Shown: positions 35,791-48,910 of the stretch, one piece after another
Position numbering within the stretch: the first letter of the stretch is position 1
How the letters are laid out: the number at the start of each line of letters is the position of its first letter
From: Felis catus
Lineage: Eukaryota
NCBI RefSeq assembly: GCF_018350175.1
Contig: NC_058368.1
Coordinates: 89,034,001 to 89,098,000 of the forward strand
Length of the DNA stretch: 64,000 nucleotides
Reading direction: 5' to 3'
Notes under the pieces: model-generated
The model's input: the letters and a program-made list of their open reading frames with translations, nothing else
The model's database searches: none
Told to the model about the DNA's origin: nothing
Translations under genes and position numbers: made by a program

Positions 35791-38037
35791 CTCTAGCCCC
35801 CTCCCTAGTACACCTCACTCCTCAACTCTTCTCCATACCCCACCTCCAATCCTTACCTTGTCCCCAGAGCACTTTCCTTCTCTTTCACACACGACCTTGA
35901 CCCACCCCACTCACCACTTGTATTTGCTGGTGCCTTTTAAGTTCAGCTTCTTTCTAGCAGTGTGTCTGCTTGTAACTTTCTTCTTCCTCCTTTGCTGGGT
36001 AATGCCTACTCAGCCTCAGCCCTCAGCCCTCAGCCCTCAGTTACAACACTGCCTTTTCATTTTTGTCTTTCCCTGAGCCCCCAGACCAGGTCAGTCCCTG
36101 CTCCCTCCCACCTCTGGACTTCTCCCAAAGTGAGGCCTCAGTTGTTTATCTACTCTCATGAAGTCTCACAGTGAAAAGAAGCAAAGGAAGAGAGAAGTAG
36201 TTTGTTTGATGGCACAGCAGAGTGAAGGCAAGGCTACCTCAACACTGGGGGTCAAGGCCAGCATGTTTGAAAGCAGAAGCTAAGATGCCATTGGAGAGGA
36301 GAAAGGTGGTGAGGGCAGTACAATTGAAGAAGGAGACCTGGTTTAGAAAAAGCAACAAGAAAGAAAGGAAAGTATGCCCACAGAGACAAAAGAAGCCGGC
36401 ATCACAGGTATTAGTAGTGTACCTGCCCTGTACCTGTTGTTCAATAAATGCTTGAATAGGAGAGATAAAAACTGTGGTTGTCTATTTCAGATGATCTCAG
36501 TCTTCTTAGGAAAGTATAGTTAAGTCTTATTCAATATGGACATTGAGCGTCAAGGGACTATGAGGAAATATTCTCATTTATTGGTGTATTAGTTAGGCTT
36601 GACTAATAAACCAGATCAACTACTATAACAAGTAGACCCAAAATGCAATGGCTCTATGATGTAGTTTCCATAATTTAATAGTTTAAATTTAATCGAATTT
36701 AACAGTCCAGAATGGGTTTTCAGGTCAGTGATTATCCAGGCTCCACACATCCTCTAAAGTCCTGAGAATGAAGAAAGAACAGGAGGAGCATGCATAGGTA
36801 TGCTTGCATCCATACTTGCAAGCTTGGTATGGAAGGAACACACAATACTGCTCGCATTCCTTTGGAAAGACCTTAGTCATGTGGCCTCACCCATCTGCCA
36901 AAAAGAACAGAAAATGTAGTCTAGCTGTGTGTCCATAGAAGGGAAAACAGAGTTTGGTAGACAGCTACTGGTCTTCACTATGGTAGGCAGAGTACTGGAC
37001 TCTGAAGATGACCTAATCCTCAGAACCTGTGAATATATTGCCTTACATGGCAAAAGGGACTTTGCAGATGTTTGAAATGAGGATGTTACATGTTGTTATA
37101 CCTTGAGTTTAAAATGGTTGTGTCCTGACAAGAAAAAAATGTTCCAGATATGGTCAGATTTTACCCCATTAGGGCCCCTGGGTACTAAGGTGAGCATCAC
37201 TGTGATGTGCTTCTTCTCTGCCCAGATGCCATCTTGCTTCTTTTTTTCTTTTTGATGCTGTCTTGCTTCTGACAAAATTTTGAAGCTGGATAACTAAATG
37301 AGGAACTTATTCTAACCCTATAATGGGTGTGTGTTTATGGCACCTTTCCACAAGTCTGCAGCCCACCTGAAATACTGCAGTTTGGAACTGGCTAAAATAA
37401 AGAGTGTCAGGAAGGTGGGAGAGGTGAGCTGCGATCCCCAGGCGGAGACCCTACAGTAAGTGTCATGGACCCATTGAGTCATCAAGGCTGTGTTCTATGC
37501 AGAAGTGTTAGTATGGTGTTTGTCCATCATCCCTTGCTCCTGACTGATTAGGCACTGAGGCACAGTTAGTCATAGAGAGTCTTAGAGAGTGCATAGGCCA
37601 TGACAAACCAGTTAACCTCAGAGACAGCTAAGGAGCTGGTGGATGAGGAAGGCCCTCACTGGTCAACATATCCAGACCAGAGAAACAAGCTAACATCTAA
37701 AGTTCTAGATGTGGGGGGTAGTGACAGAAGAACTGGGAAGTGATGTAACTCTTCCCATAAAAGTGGCTAAAAAACTTTTTTTTTATGGGGAGGAGGTGAT
37801 AAGATCATAGGAAGAAGAAAATGTTAGTTGTAGTATTGCTATTATAGTATTTCTATTGTAACATGATTTTATCTTTATTTTTAGAGGAAAAAATCCTCCT
37901 GAAAAAGAAGCTGGGACCTACGAGCTCCAAGAATTGTGCTCATTGCAGTGTCTTGCTTGTTTTGTTTAAATTGTATCTTCAGAGGACAAGGTCTAAGAAA
38001 TAACTTTTTTTGGCATAAGTGACTTCAGAATGAAAAA

Positions 38038-38257
38038 ATTTTTTTTTTAATTTTTTTTAACATTTATTTTTGAGACAGAGAGAGACAGAGAATTAACAGG
38101 GGAGGGGCAGAGAGAGAGGGAGACACAGAATCCGAAACAGACTCCAGGCTCTGAGCTGTCAGCACAGAGCCTGACGCGGGGCTTGAACTCACGAACTGCG
38201 AGATCATGACCTGAGCTGAAGTCCGACGCTTAACCGACCAAGCCACCCAGGCACCCC
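38038..38257 (-). mobile_element. Young SINEC_Fc-type SINE
   Basis: CpGs largely intact; TSD cagaatgaaaaa. Confidence 0.95.
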
Positions 38258-38453
38258 CAGAATGAAAAATTTTAAATATGTAATTGGAATGGTTTCAAGA
38301 TGACTTAACTATTAGTAAATAGCTAACATCTGTATCTCAGATATTGTTTTGTGGAAGGAGAAGATGAACTTGCTTGCTAACAGGCCAACTAAAATATAAT
38401 TGGGAGGATGGCAGTGTGCACCCCAAAAATATGTTATCAAAAAATTATTTACT

Positions 38454-38672
38454 GGGGTGCCTGGGTTGCTCAGTCAGTTAAATGTCCAACTTAGGCTCAG
38501 GTTATGATCTCACAGTTTGTGAATTCGAGCCCCGCATTGGGCTCTGTGCTGACAGCTCGGAGCCTGGAGCCTGCTTCAGATTCCGTGTCTCCCTCTCTCT
38601 CTGCCCCTCCTCTGCTTGTGCTCTGTCTGTCTTTCTCTCTCTCTCAAAAATAAATAAACATTAAAAAAACAA
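38454..38672 (+). mobile_element. Can-SINE (feline type)
   Basis: TSD aaaaaattatttact. Confidence 0.95.
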
Positions 38673-39028
38673 AAAAAATTATTTACTAAGGCTAGGAGTC
38701 TTGGAGAAGGGATTCTTTTTTTCCAATTTGTATTTACTTTAGAATCTCGGCTCCTGAACCAAGTTCCCTTTTGCTGAAAGTTAATACAATATAAAGGAGA
38801 GCTGTAGGCTGTGAAAAACAATTGTGTAGGAAGTTGTAAGGCCCAGGGTTGAGAGACTGGCAGACAGCAGTGTATCAGTCAGGCTCCAAGTAGGAAAACA
38901 GAAACCACTCTAAGTATTTGGACAGAGTGAATCCAACGCAGGGAATCTGTGACACACTCAGAGATCAGCATCAGAGAAAGCCACTGCCAAATGTCATCAG
39001 ATACAGCTTTTAAAATAATGTTCAAGGA

Positions 39029-39387
39029 GGGGTGCTTAGATGGCCCAGTCAGCTAAGCATCTGTCTTCAGCTTGGGTCATGATCTCATGATTCATGGATT
39101 TGAACCCCACATTGGGTTCACTGCTGTCAGTGCAGTGCCTCCTTTGGATCCTCTGTCTCCTTCTCTCTCTGCCCCTCCCTCACACACTCTTTCTCTCTCC
39201 CTCCCTCTCTCTCTCTCTATCCCTCCCTCTCTCCCTCCCTCCCTCTCTCAAAGATAGGGATCCTCTGTATCCTTCTCTCTCTGCCCCTCCCTCACACACT
39301 CTTTCTCTCCCTCCCTCTCTCTCTCTACCCCTCCCTCTCCCTCCCTCCCTCTCTCAAAGATAAATAAATATTTAAAAATTAATAAAT
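39029..39387 (+). mobile_element. Can-SINE with tandemly duplicated 3' half
   Basis: Perfect 17-bp TSD aaaataatgttcaagga; units 39146-39256 and 39258-39362. Confidence 0.93.
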
Positions 39388-40555
39388 AAAATAATGTTCA
39401 AGGAAAGTAAAGACAAATTTGAGAACTTGGCATACTATAAAAAAGAAAACAAATGGAAAGTCTCAAACTGAAAAACAGACTATTTAATGGCAGATTACAC
39501 AGCTAACGAGAGACTTAGTGAACTAAAATATAAGTTATATCCAGAATGAAGCCTGGGCAGGGAGTCGGGGACAGAGGGATGGAAATGGCAGGTTAATAGA
39601 CATAGGAGATATGGTGATAAGGTCTAACATGCCTTTATTGGAGTCACAGAAGGAAACAGAAAGCGAAGGGATTAGAGATAACATTTGGGCACACAAACAG
39701 CTAAGAATTTACCAAAACTGAAGATACAAATCCACAAATTTAAAAGCCCAAAGAATCTGAAGCAGCATTACTAGGGGAAAAATCCACATCCAAACATAAC
39801 ATAGTAAAACTGGAATAAATCAAAAACACAGAAAAAAATTTAACAATGCATTAAACAAGAGGATGAGCAGCTGACTGCTCACCAGCCAGTGTGGCAGTCA
39901 GAAATTGGTGGCTTGATGCCTCCAATGTGACAAAAGGATATGACACTCAACTTAGAATTATATTCCTAGAAAAAAATATCTTTTAAGAATGAAAGTGGAA
40001 TAAAGCTATGTTTAGGCAAACAAAAATTAGAAGGTGTTAGTTACCATTAACAGGACAGAATGTCATACAGTATATTTTTTGAGACAGAAGGAAAATAACC
40101 CCACATGGGAAGTTGAAGAGGCAGAGAAAAAAATAGTAAATATGTGGATAAATCTCAATAACTATTTGGTATAGAGAACAATAATAATGTATTTCAACAC
40201 ATATCTGTATACTTTATATATACATAATTAAATTCACAAAAACAATAGCATATAAAATGAGACATAAGTGAGGTTACAGTATTCTAAGATCCTTTCATTG
40301 TCTAGTATGAAGATAAAATTCCAATTAGAATTAGGTTTTTGTAAATCAAGAATGGATCTTCTAATTCCTTGGCCATTAAAAGAAGAGAAAAAGTGTATAA
40401 CTTCCAAACCAATAGAAGGAAAGCCTGAATAATAGGCTAATTGTAGTAGAATCCTAACAGAATTCTAACGCGATCTTTAAGCAAAAGGCATTACTACAGA
40501 TAGAGGCTTACTTCATAAAATTTCAATTCACCAGGAAGATATGACAATTCTATAT

Positions 40556-40755
40556 ATTTTTAAATTGTTTTAATGTTTTATTTTTATTTTTGAGAGAAAG
40601 AGACCTAGACAGAGAGGGAGACCTAGACTCTGAAGCAGGCTCCAGGCTCTGAGCTGTCAGTGCAGAGACGGACCTGGGGCTTGAACCCACAAACTGTGAG
40701 ATCATGACCTGAGCTGAAGTCAGACAGTTAACCAACTGAACCACCTAGGTGCCCC
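40556..40755 (-). mobile_element. Can-SINE
   Basis: TSD gacaattc(t/c)atat. Confidence 0.92.
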
Positions 40756-43144
40756 GACAATTCCATATTTGCATGCATCTGGTAACATGGCCTCAAATAT
40801 ATAAAATTCATAGAACTATAAGTAGAAATGGATAACTCAACAATTACTTCATTAATTGATAGAACAAGCAGATAAAAATCCATTAAGAGCTGAGAAGATC
40901 TGAACAATACATTACAAACTTGATCAAATGGCTTTATCTAGATCAGTGCACCCAGCATCTCCAGAACACATTCTTTTTGAGTGCCAGTGGAAACCTCACT
41001 GAGATCAAACATGTGCTGGGCCATAAGCAAATCTCAACAAATTTCAAAGGACAACAATCATACAGTCTGTTTTCTGACCATAATGCAATCATAAACTATA
41101 ACTAGGAAGTCCTTGTACATTTAAAGTTTTTAAAGTACGTTTCTAAATAATCTATGGCATCTGTTGTGACTTTGTGCTTTCTGTTCTTTCTTCTTTATTA
41201 CATCAGAGATTTGTCAATTTTAGCATTCTTTCCAAAATACTAACCTTGACTTTTGATCCTTTCTATTGTGTTGTTCTCAGTTTCATTAATTTTTGCTCTT
41301 GTTTTTGTTATCTCCTTCCTTTAACTTAAAAAAAAAGACAGAATTTAAAAAACAGATCATTAGTCAATTTAACAATAATGTTTCTATAGAGATTTGCAAA
41401 ATGCAAAATGCTTTTTCATGAATCCTTAAAGCAACCTTATGAGTTGGGTCTTTCCCCTCATTTTACAGATGGGAAAATTATAGACAGGAAAAGAAATAAA
41501 TTATAATTGTTGCATTCACTGGAATACTGGCCCTAAGGTTTGCATCCAAGACCAGAGGAATTTCTCCTGCTCTCCTCCAGGGCTTTGCCTTGTCAACTCC
41601 AGGACCTCCTCTTAGCCTTTGAGATCTTAAGGGACAGTCACCCCCAAACATCCATGGTTATGATGGTAGAGGCTTGGCTCCCACCAACCTTTCTGCATTA
41701 ATCTCTAGTCCATCTATTTCTAGGAAAACACAGGGAGGTGGCGGGGAGCAAAATGCATATAGATGAGTGGGCAGGCTGCCTAAGCTGGAGAAGCAAGTGT
41801 GAAGCAGCCTTTGTCCTACCCAACACTCTTAGTCACTGGAGTAGAGTTGGAGGCTTCTTCTGCTGACCCCGTTTCCAGCTTGAAAAAGCAAAGCATGCTT
41901 GCTTAGAAACAATGGATTGCTTGCTTAGAAGCAAGATACTGCTGACTAACCAAATCCAATCATTTTTCTGGAATCTCATCTTAGGTTGCATCTGTGTGTG
42001 GGCTGGTCCTAGGGAGATTTTCTTGGCTTTCAGATGGGCTGCCTTCCACTACCTGAGCATCCTGTTGCTGGAGTCCTGGGACCAGGGGCCACCACATGGC
42101 GAGACTTTCTTCACACACCTTTATGCTAAAGCTTCTCATTCCAGGCACACTTCTGAGGGCTCTAATAACACTAACTTCTCCAAGCCTCATTACAATCTAG
42201 GAGGTTGCTGCTATTATTATTCCAATAAGAGATAGCTGAGGACACATAACATAAAACAGAAGACTTAATTACTTGCCTAAAGTCATCTGGGAGTAAGTGA
42301 AAGAATCCTTATTTGCATCTGGGCTTCATGGTTGAAAGATCATGTTTTGGTCACTACACTTTGTAGTCTCTCTACAAGGGATTCACACAAACTCCTTCCT
42401 GAGCATAACTGATACTATCCACAACCTGAGAAGAACTCCCAGGGCTAAATGGGAACACTCAGTAGAAAGAAGAATTGAGTTAAAATTTGTGATTTCCTTC
42501 TCCATGTCTCCATCCTGAAGCACTCAGCTGAGGCTGGAGAAAAAGCATGAGAAACCTCCCAGCCCAAGTAATCCCCTGGAAGCAATTGTACCCAATTTCT
42601 CAAAGTCCTGAGGCAGACTTCAGGTCCCCACTGTCTGTCCTCATCTAACTGGTCCTCAGTTGACCCTCTCTCCTTTTTGAATCCCATGAACGAAAAGTTC
42701 CCTTGCATTGCATGACTGTGGTACTCAGTACCATTTCACCCCTAGAGTCTCTATACATAAATACAGATGAAATTATTTTTCAAGCTTTCACTTTCAAATT
42801 CACTAATAGAAACAGAGAGTACATGTCTATGGAAGGCTTTTCCATACTCACTGTTAATTAAGGTTTCCCCTTCCTGCTTCCCCCCAGCTTCTCTCTCCTC
42901 TATCTTCTTGCTTCTCCTCTTTCGAGTTCCCTGAAGACTGAACTCACTCCATAGTCTTTCCCAAACTTCCCACATGTATAAGTTGTGAGACCTTTAGTAA
43001 GTTTTGGTAAGTTACATTTTTTTTTTTGCAATTTTTTCATTTCACATTAATATTTATAACTTATTGTAATGAAATTGTAATATCTTACTGTTTTAATACT
43101 GGTAGCATTTATAACATCAAACTTTAGAAATTCTGAGACTTCAT

Positions 43145-43370
43145 GGGGCGCCTGGGTGGTTCAGTCAGTTAGGTGGCTGGCTTTGGCCCAGGTCATGATC
43201 TCACAGCTCAAATGAAGGCTCCTGAGTTCAGGCCTGCATCAGGCTCTGTGCTGACAGCTTAGAGCCTGGAGCCTGCTTTATTCTGTGTCTCCCTCTGTCT
43301 CTGCCCCTCCCCTGCTTTCCCTCTCTCTCCTAAAAATAAACATTAAGAAAAACAAAAATTAAAAAAAAAT
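43145..43370 (+). mobile_element. Can-SINE
   Basis: TSD tctgagacttca. Confidence 0.92.
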
Positions 43371-44120
43371 AATTCTCTGAGACTTCAAGCTACAAAGGAA
43401 ATGGGTGCTTTATTCAAATGGTTGCAACAGGGAAAGTTCTTACAGGAACTGTTTCTCCAAACGTGGGAATGAGAGGGGTTTTATAGGGGAAATAAACAAA
43501 AGCAAATGTCCACAGCAGTTTTGGTGGGCTTTGGTCATGTAGGTGTCACAATCTTTCAGAAGTGAGTTGTGTTTCTTTGTGATTTGGCTCATCTTATGTT
43601 AACATTCTGTTCTCATAATTGTTGACTCAAGGAATTTAGAGGAAGTGGGTTATTCTCTCAGTATCAGGGAGTCAGGGGGTCAGTGCAGATTCAGAGAAGA
43701 AAAATTTTGTAGTTCTCCTTATTCCCCCCTTTTTATTCCTGACTTTGGTTATTTTTCTTTTTTCCTTAATCAGTCTCACCAGAAGTTTGTCAGTTTTATT
43801 GTTAGTCTTTTCCGAAATACACAAACACACACATTTGATTTTGTTGATCCTCTATATATTGTATATTTGTTTTTCTCTTTCATAAATGTCTACCTTTTAT
43901 TACTTTCCTATTTTAACACTTTTGGGATTTATTCTTATTGTTCTGTTTGAGATGGTGCTTATGTGATTAATTACTAGGTTTTCTGATTTTCTTAAATATC
44001 TTTTTAGGCTATAAGTGTTTCTCTAAGCCCTGCTTAAGCAACATCTCACTGGCCTTGATATGCAGTATTCAGTTCAAAGTATTTTCTTCCTTGGAACCAT
44101 GATTAACAAAAGTATTTATA

Positions 44121-44309
44121 GGGGCACCTGGTTGGCTCAGTCAGTTGAGCATTTGACTTCAGCTCAGGTCATGACCTCACATCTCGTTGAGTTCAACCCC
44201 CATATTGGGCTCACTGCTCTCAATGCAGTGCCTGCTTGGATCCTCTGCCCCCCTCTGTCTCTGTTCTTCCCCTGCTCATACTCTCTCTCTCAAAAATAAA
44301 TAAAACATT
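44121..44309 (+). mobile_element. Can-SINE
   Basis: TSD aaaa(g/t)tatttata. Confidence 0.92.
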
Positions 44310-44834
44310 AAAAATTATTTATAAATTTCTGAATATAATGGGGACGTCCTAAGTATCTTTTTATTATTAATTTCTAATTTATACTCAAGGGAACAAATTC
44401 TGTATGTTTTCAGTTCTTTAAAATTTGTTGAGGTTTACTTTATGGTCCAGCATATGGTCAGTTTTCCCCCCCCCCCCCAGCTTCACTGAGATAAAATTTA
44501 TATGTAGCTCATGTAGATCAATTTTTGAAAGTTTAATGTGTGCTTGGAAAAAAACATGTATCCTTAATACATCGGTGCAGTGTTCCATGTACATATCCAT
44601 TAGATTGCTTGTTAAATCATAGTGTTAAAATCTGTAACTTTACTAATGTTTAACATTCTTGTCCTATTAATTACTGAAAGAGAGGTATCAAAAATCTCTC
44701 ATCGTGATTATGGATTTTATATTTCTCCTTTCAGTTCTGCATATATTTGCTAACTCTTGAGCTATGGTATTAGGTAGATGCTAACTTACAACTGTATGTC
44801 TTCCCAGCATTTTCTCTTCCCTGGACTTTTGTCT

Positions 44835-45051
44835 TTTTAAAAAAAAATTTTTTTTTAACATTTATTCATTTTTGAAAACAGACAGAGACAGAGTGCGAGC
44901 AGGGGAGGGGCAGAGAGACACAGAATCTGAAGCAGGCTCCAGGTTCTGAGCTGTCAGCACAGAGCCTGACATGGGGCTCAAGCTCACAAATCATGAGACC
45001 ATGACCTAAGCCAAAGTCGAACGCTCAACCGACTGAGCCACCCAGGCACCC
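44835..45051 (-). mobile_element. Can-SINE
   Basis: TSD cttttgtctt. Confidence 0.92.
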
Positions 45052-45269
45052 ACCTTTTGTCTTAATGTAATGATTCCCTTTATCTTCAGGAATATTTTGT
45101 GCCTTAAAGTATGTATTTCATCTAATATTAGCAGAGCTACAGCAGTTTCTATTGGTTACTATTTCAAATAACTTCCTCCCATTCTTTTACTTTCAAATGT
45201 TATGTCCTCATATTTAAGGTGAGTCTCTTGTATGCAGCATAGCATGGGGTTTTATGTTTTTGTCCTGTC

Positions 45270-45636
45270 TACTATAGGGTGAATGTTTGTATTCCCCCAA
45301 GATTCACATTTGGAATCCTAATGCTCAGTGTCTGAGTGTTAGGAGGTTGGGTGTTTGTGAAGTGATTAAGTCATGAGAGTGGTGCCCTGATGCATTAGTG
45401 CTATTATACTAGACACTGCCCCGCCACTTCCCAATGAACTTCCCAGACCTTTCCACAATGTGAGGGTACAATTAGAAATCTGAAATTTGCAAAAGAGCCC
45501 TCACCCAACCATGCTGATCTCCAACCACTCTGATCTTGGACTTCCAGCTTCTAGAACAGTGAGAAATACATTTCTGTTGTTGATAAGCTACCCAGTCTGT
45601 AGCATTTTGTTACAGTGGCCTGAACAGACCAAGACA
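45270..45636 (+). mobile_element. MLT1A-like MaLR solo LTR
   Basis: gaatgtttgtattcccccaagattcac...tgatcttggacttccagcttctagaacagtgagaaatacatttctgttg...aagaca; 5-bp TSD ctgtc/ttgtc. Confidence 0.85.
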
Positions 45637-45789
45637 TTGTCTGAAAATCTTTGTTATTTAAATTAAATGGAAATATTAACATTTTGGCTTAAGATCTACT
45701 TTTTTCCCTTCTCCTACCCATTTTTTTTACTTTCCTTTTAATTTTTAAAATTTCATTTTTGCTTTACTAGTATAAAAATATACATTCTA

Positions 45790-46200
45790 GATGAATGGAT
45801 AAAGAAATTGTGGTTTATATACACAATGGAATACTACGTGGCAATGAGAAAAAATGAAATATGGCCTTTTGTAGCAACATGGATGGAACTGGAGAGTGTG
45901 ATGCTAAGTGAAATAAGCCATACAGAGAAAGACAGATACCATATGGTTTCACTCTTATGTGGATCCTGAGAAACTTAACAGGAACCCATGGGGGAGGGGA
46001 AGGAAAAAAAAAAAAAAACAGGTTAGAGTGGGAGAGAGCCAAAGCATAAGAGACTGTTAAAAACTGAGAACAAACTGAGGGTTGATGGGGGGTGGGAGGG
46101 AGGAGAGGGTGGGTGATGGGTATTGAGGAGGGCACCTTTTGGGATGAGCACTGGGTGTTGTATGGAAACCAATTTGTCAATAAATTTCATATAAAAATAT
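45790..46200 (+). mobile_element. Young feline L1 (L1_Fc-type), 5'-truncated to ~410 bp
   Basis: About 97% identical by eye to 62574-62970; TSD atatacattcta (45778-45789 / 46205-46216). Confidence 0.93.
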
Positions 46201-46566
46201 ATATATATACATTCTATTTTATGATTCCCCTAGATTTTACAATATGTATGAAATTAACCAAAACGTTACCTCATACAATAAATTCTTTTTACTCTCCCTT
46301 CACAGATATTATTGTTGTCTGGTGTTGTAAGTCTATCTTAACAACTGTAAATCTTTATTGTTTTGTATAAAATGTTTATTTACATTTGCCTACATATCTC
46401 TTATTACTCTCTTTGCTCTTCATTTCTTTTTGCATCTCAGAACTTCATCTGGGATCACTTTCTTTCTGTATTAAAATGCGTTCTTTAGAATTGCCTTTAG
46501 TGATGGTCAGCAGGGAAAAATGAAACGAGTTTTGTCTTAAAATGTGTTTATTTTGTCCTCACTCTT

Positions 46567-46765
46567 TTTAAAAAAAAATTTAAATTTATTTTTGAGAGAC
46601 AGAGCACGAGCAGAGGAGGGGGCATGCAGAGAGAAGACACAGGAAGCAGACTCCAGGCTCTGAGCTGTCAGCACAGAGCCTGATGTGGGGCTCGAATTCA
46701 CAAGCTGTGAGATCATGACCTGAGCTGAAGTAGGACACTTAACTGACCGAGCCACCCAGGAGCCC
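46567..46765 (-). mobile_element. Can-SINE with a 27-bp TSD
   Basis: aaatgtgtttattttgtcctcactctt at 46540-46566 and 46768-46794. Confidence 0.93.
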
Positions 46766-47373
46766 TGAAATGTGTTTATTTTGTCCTCACTCTTAAAAGA
46801 TATTTTCAGTGGGTAAAAAAGCCTGGGCTGACAGCTATTTTCTGTCTTTATACTCATGTTTTCATTCCACTCTGTCTTCCACTGTTTCTGGGAAGTCTGT
46901 TGTTTAAAGGGAATATTTTTTCTTTAGCTGAAAAAAAATGTTTTTTCTTTTTCTGCAGTTACACTATGATGTATGTAGGTATGACTTCTGTAAATGCATT
47001 CTTTGGGCTTTTAAATCTGTAGACTTGTATTTTTCATCAGCTCTGGAAAATTCTCAGCTTCAGTCCCTTTCTTTGCCCCTTCTGTCCTTGCCTTCTGAGA
47101 CTACTATTAAATATATATAAAACTTCCCAATGAAACCTTCCCTTCTCTGTGTTTTTACATATTTTTTCTAACCCCATGCTGGATTTTGGATAATTTCTTC
47201 ACCTTTATCTTTCAGTTCACTAATTCTATTTTTAACTTTGTCACAATCTGTAGCCAAAGGCATCTTTAAATATTTTAAAGGTTTTTTTTCCACATATATA
47301 CTTGATAATATGTGAAGTCTATGTGGATCTTTTTGCTGGTTTTGTCATGTTGCCTTTTTTCCTTGTTCCTGAT

Positions 47374-48199
47374 TGTGGGGGAAAAGCTTAGGAATTCCCT
47401 GAGCTTGCACCGATGGGTTAATAAGGCATAAAGAAATAGGAAGCCACAGGATGAAAGCATCCAAGATTAGGTAAACAAGATTAGGTAAACAAGGCAAAGC
47501 ACCCCCAGTATAGAACAAAGGTATAGGAATAGGAAACCTCAGGATGAAAGCATCCAAGATTAGGTAAACAAGATTAGGTAAACAAGGCAAAGCACCCCCT
47601 GTATAGAACAAAGGTATAGGAATAGGAAACCTTAGGATGAAAGCATCCAAGATTAGCAAAAGGAGATTAGGTATTCAGGGTGGAAATTTAGTACAAGCCC
47701 CCAATTTAGTACAATAGCAAAAAGCTGCTTTCACAGTTAAGGACCAAAATAGGTAAACAAGTAAACAGGGCTATAAACCACAGCAGGGTGAGGTTGCTTG
47801 GAGCAGACCTAATTAGCAAAAGAAAGGTGCCTTGTTGACCCTGAGGTAACAGGCTGTCTTGTCTCCAGAACCAGCTAAGATAAACAGATGTGGCCTCTTG
47901 CCTCTGGTAAACAACCTTCTGCCCAGCACCAGGATTTTGTTTTGTATTGACCCAAACCCCTAACACCATATATCTTCAAACCCCCCTTTCCCTCACACTC
48001 ATGAGCTAATGTTCACGGTTTCATTGTCTCTTTGTGCACGTCCATTATGCTTGTAAGCCTTCTGATCCTAATAAAAACAGAGCAAGGCCCCTTACTCCAA
48101 GCTCTTGTCTCCTCCTGGACATTAGCCCCTCTCGCATTTTAATCTTGTGTCTGTTTTCTTGCTGGACAAGAGAGAACTCCAGACCCAGAGTCTAGGACA
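47374..48199 (+). mobile_element. ERV solo LTR, probably class II/betaretrovirus-like
   Basis: TG...CA ends (tgtggggg...ggaca); 6-bp TSD cctgat/cccgat; AATAAA at 48070-48075; internal 93-bp tandem repeat. Confidence 0.8.
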
Positions 48200-48729
48200 C
48201 CCGATTATCCCTGCTTATTAACTGCTCCCAAAAAATTATCTTTAAAAGTTTCCCTGAGGTCTAGATTGAGCAATTCCTCTTCCAAAGATGCCTTGTGTTT
48301 GCTTTTGCTGGCAAAAGGGCTGGTCATTGACCACAAGGTGTTAGGGATATATTCTTTCCCTTTCTTTGCTATCGCTCTGCTCAGTTACAAGGCCACTTTC
48401 TCTATAGTCTTCTGGAACTGAGAGATGGGTTTATCTTGAGGATGTAGCACATTGGGAACCCAAGTTACCTTCAGAAAGTTCTAAGATTCACAACCACGGG
48501 TAGGTCTGGGCCTGACCTTGTCTCACTCACTCCGTGTGACCAGGTAAGCGGGATCCAGCTGTGCTGCGTTTGCAAACAGTTTAGGACATAAGTTGCTTTG
48601 GTGTTCCCTTCACTGATGACAAGATCTCATTTTTAAATCACCATCTGTTGAAACTACACTTTTTATCCTCAATGCTTTCTTCAGGGGAAGGGGAGCGCAT
48701 GCCACCTACATTTTAAAAAATGCACTTTT

Positions 48730-48910
48730 GGGGGGCACCTGGGTGGCTCAGCCAGTCAAGTGACTGTCTTGATTTCAGCTCAGGTCATGATCTCACGGTT
48801 AGCGAGACTGAGCCCCATGTGGGTTGCCACACTGGGTGCAAAGCCACCTTGTGATTCTCTCTCTACACCTCCCCCACTTACACCTGCATGTACACTCTAA
48901 GTAAACTTTT
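48730..48910 (+). mobile_element. Can-SINE
   Basis: TSD aaaaatgcactttt. Confidence 0.9.

Larger units (their letters stand above)
39000..41155 (+). mobile_element. Ancient L1M remnant (ORF1 to ORF2 endonuclease region)
   Basis: ORF track 40920..41105 TFFLSASGNLTEIKHVLGHK...SLFSDHNAI corresponds to the L1 endonuclease TFFS..H..FS.IDH.LGHK / FSDHN motifs. Confidence 0.75.
43700..47370 (-). mobile_element. Ancient L1M remnant (ORF1/endonuclease), fragmented by SINEs, an MLT1 LTR and a young L1
   Basis: ORF track 44418..44600 HVFFQAHIKLSKID...TDHMLDHKVNLNKF (L1 endonuclease) and 46537..46857 CQPRLFYPLKISFKSEDKINTF (L1 ORF1 C-terminus). Confidence 0.75.

Noticed and set aside
47435..47659. Regularly spaced repeats and a 31-aa repeat ORF (CRISPR-like or repeat protein)
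   Set aside because: Whole 93-bp units are duplicated with no unique spacers, inside a TG...CA LTR in a mammalian genome
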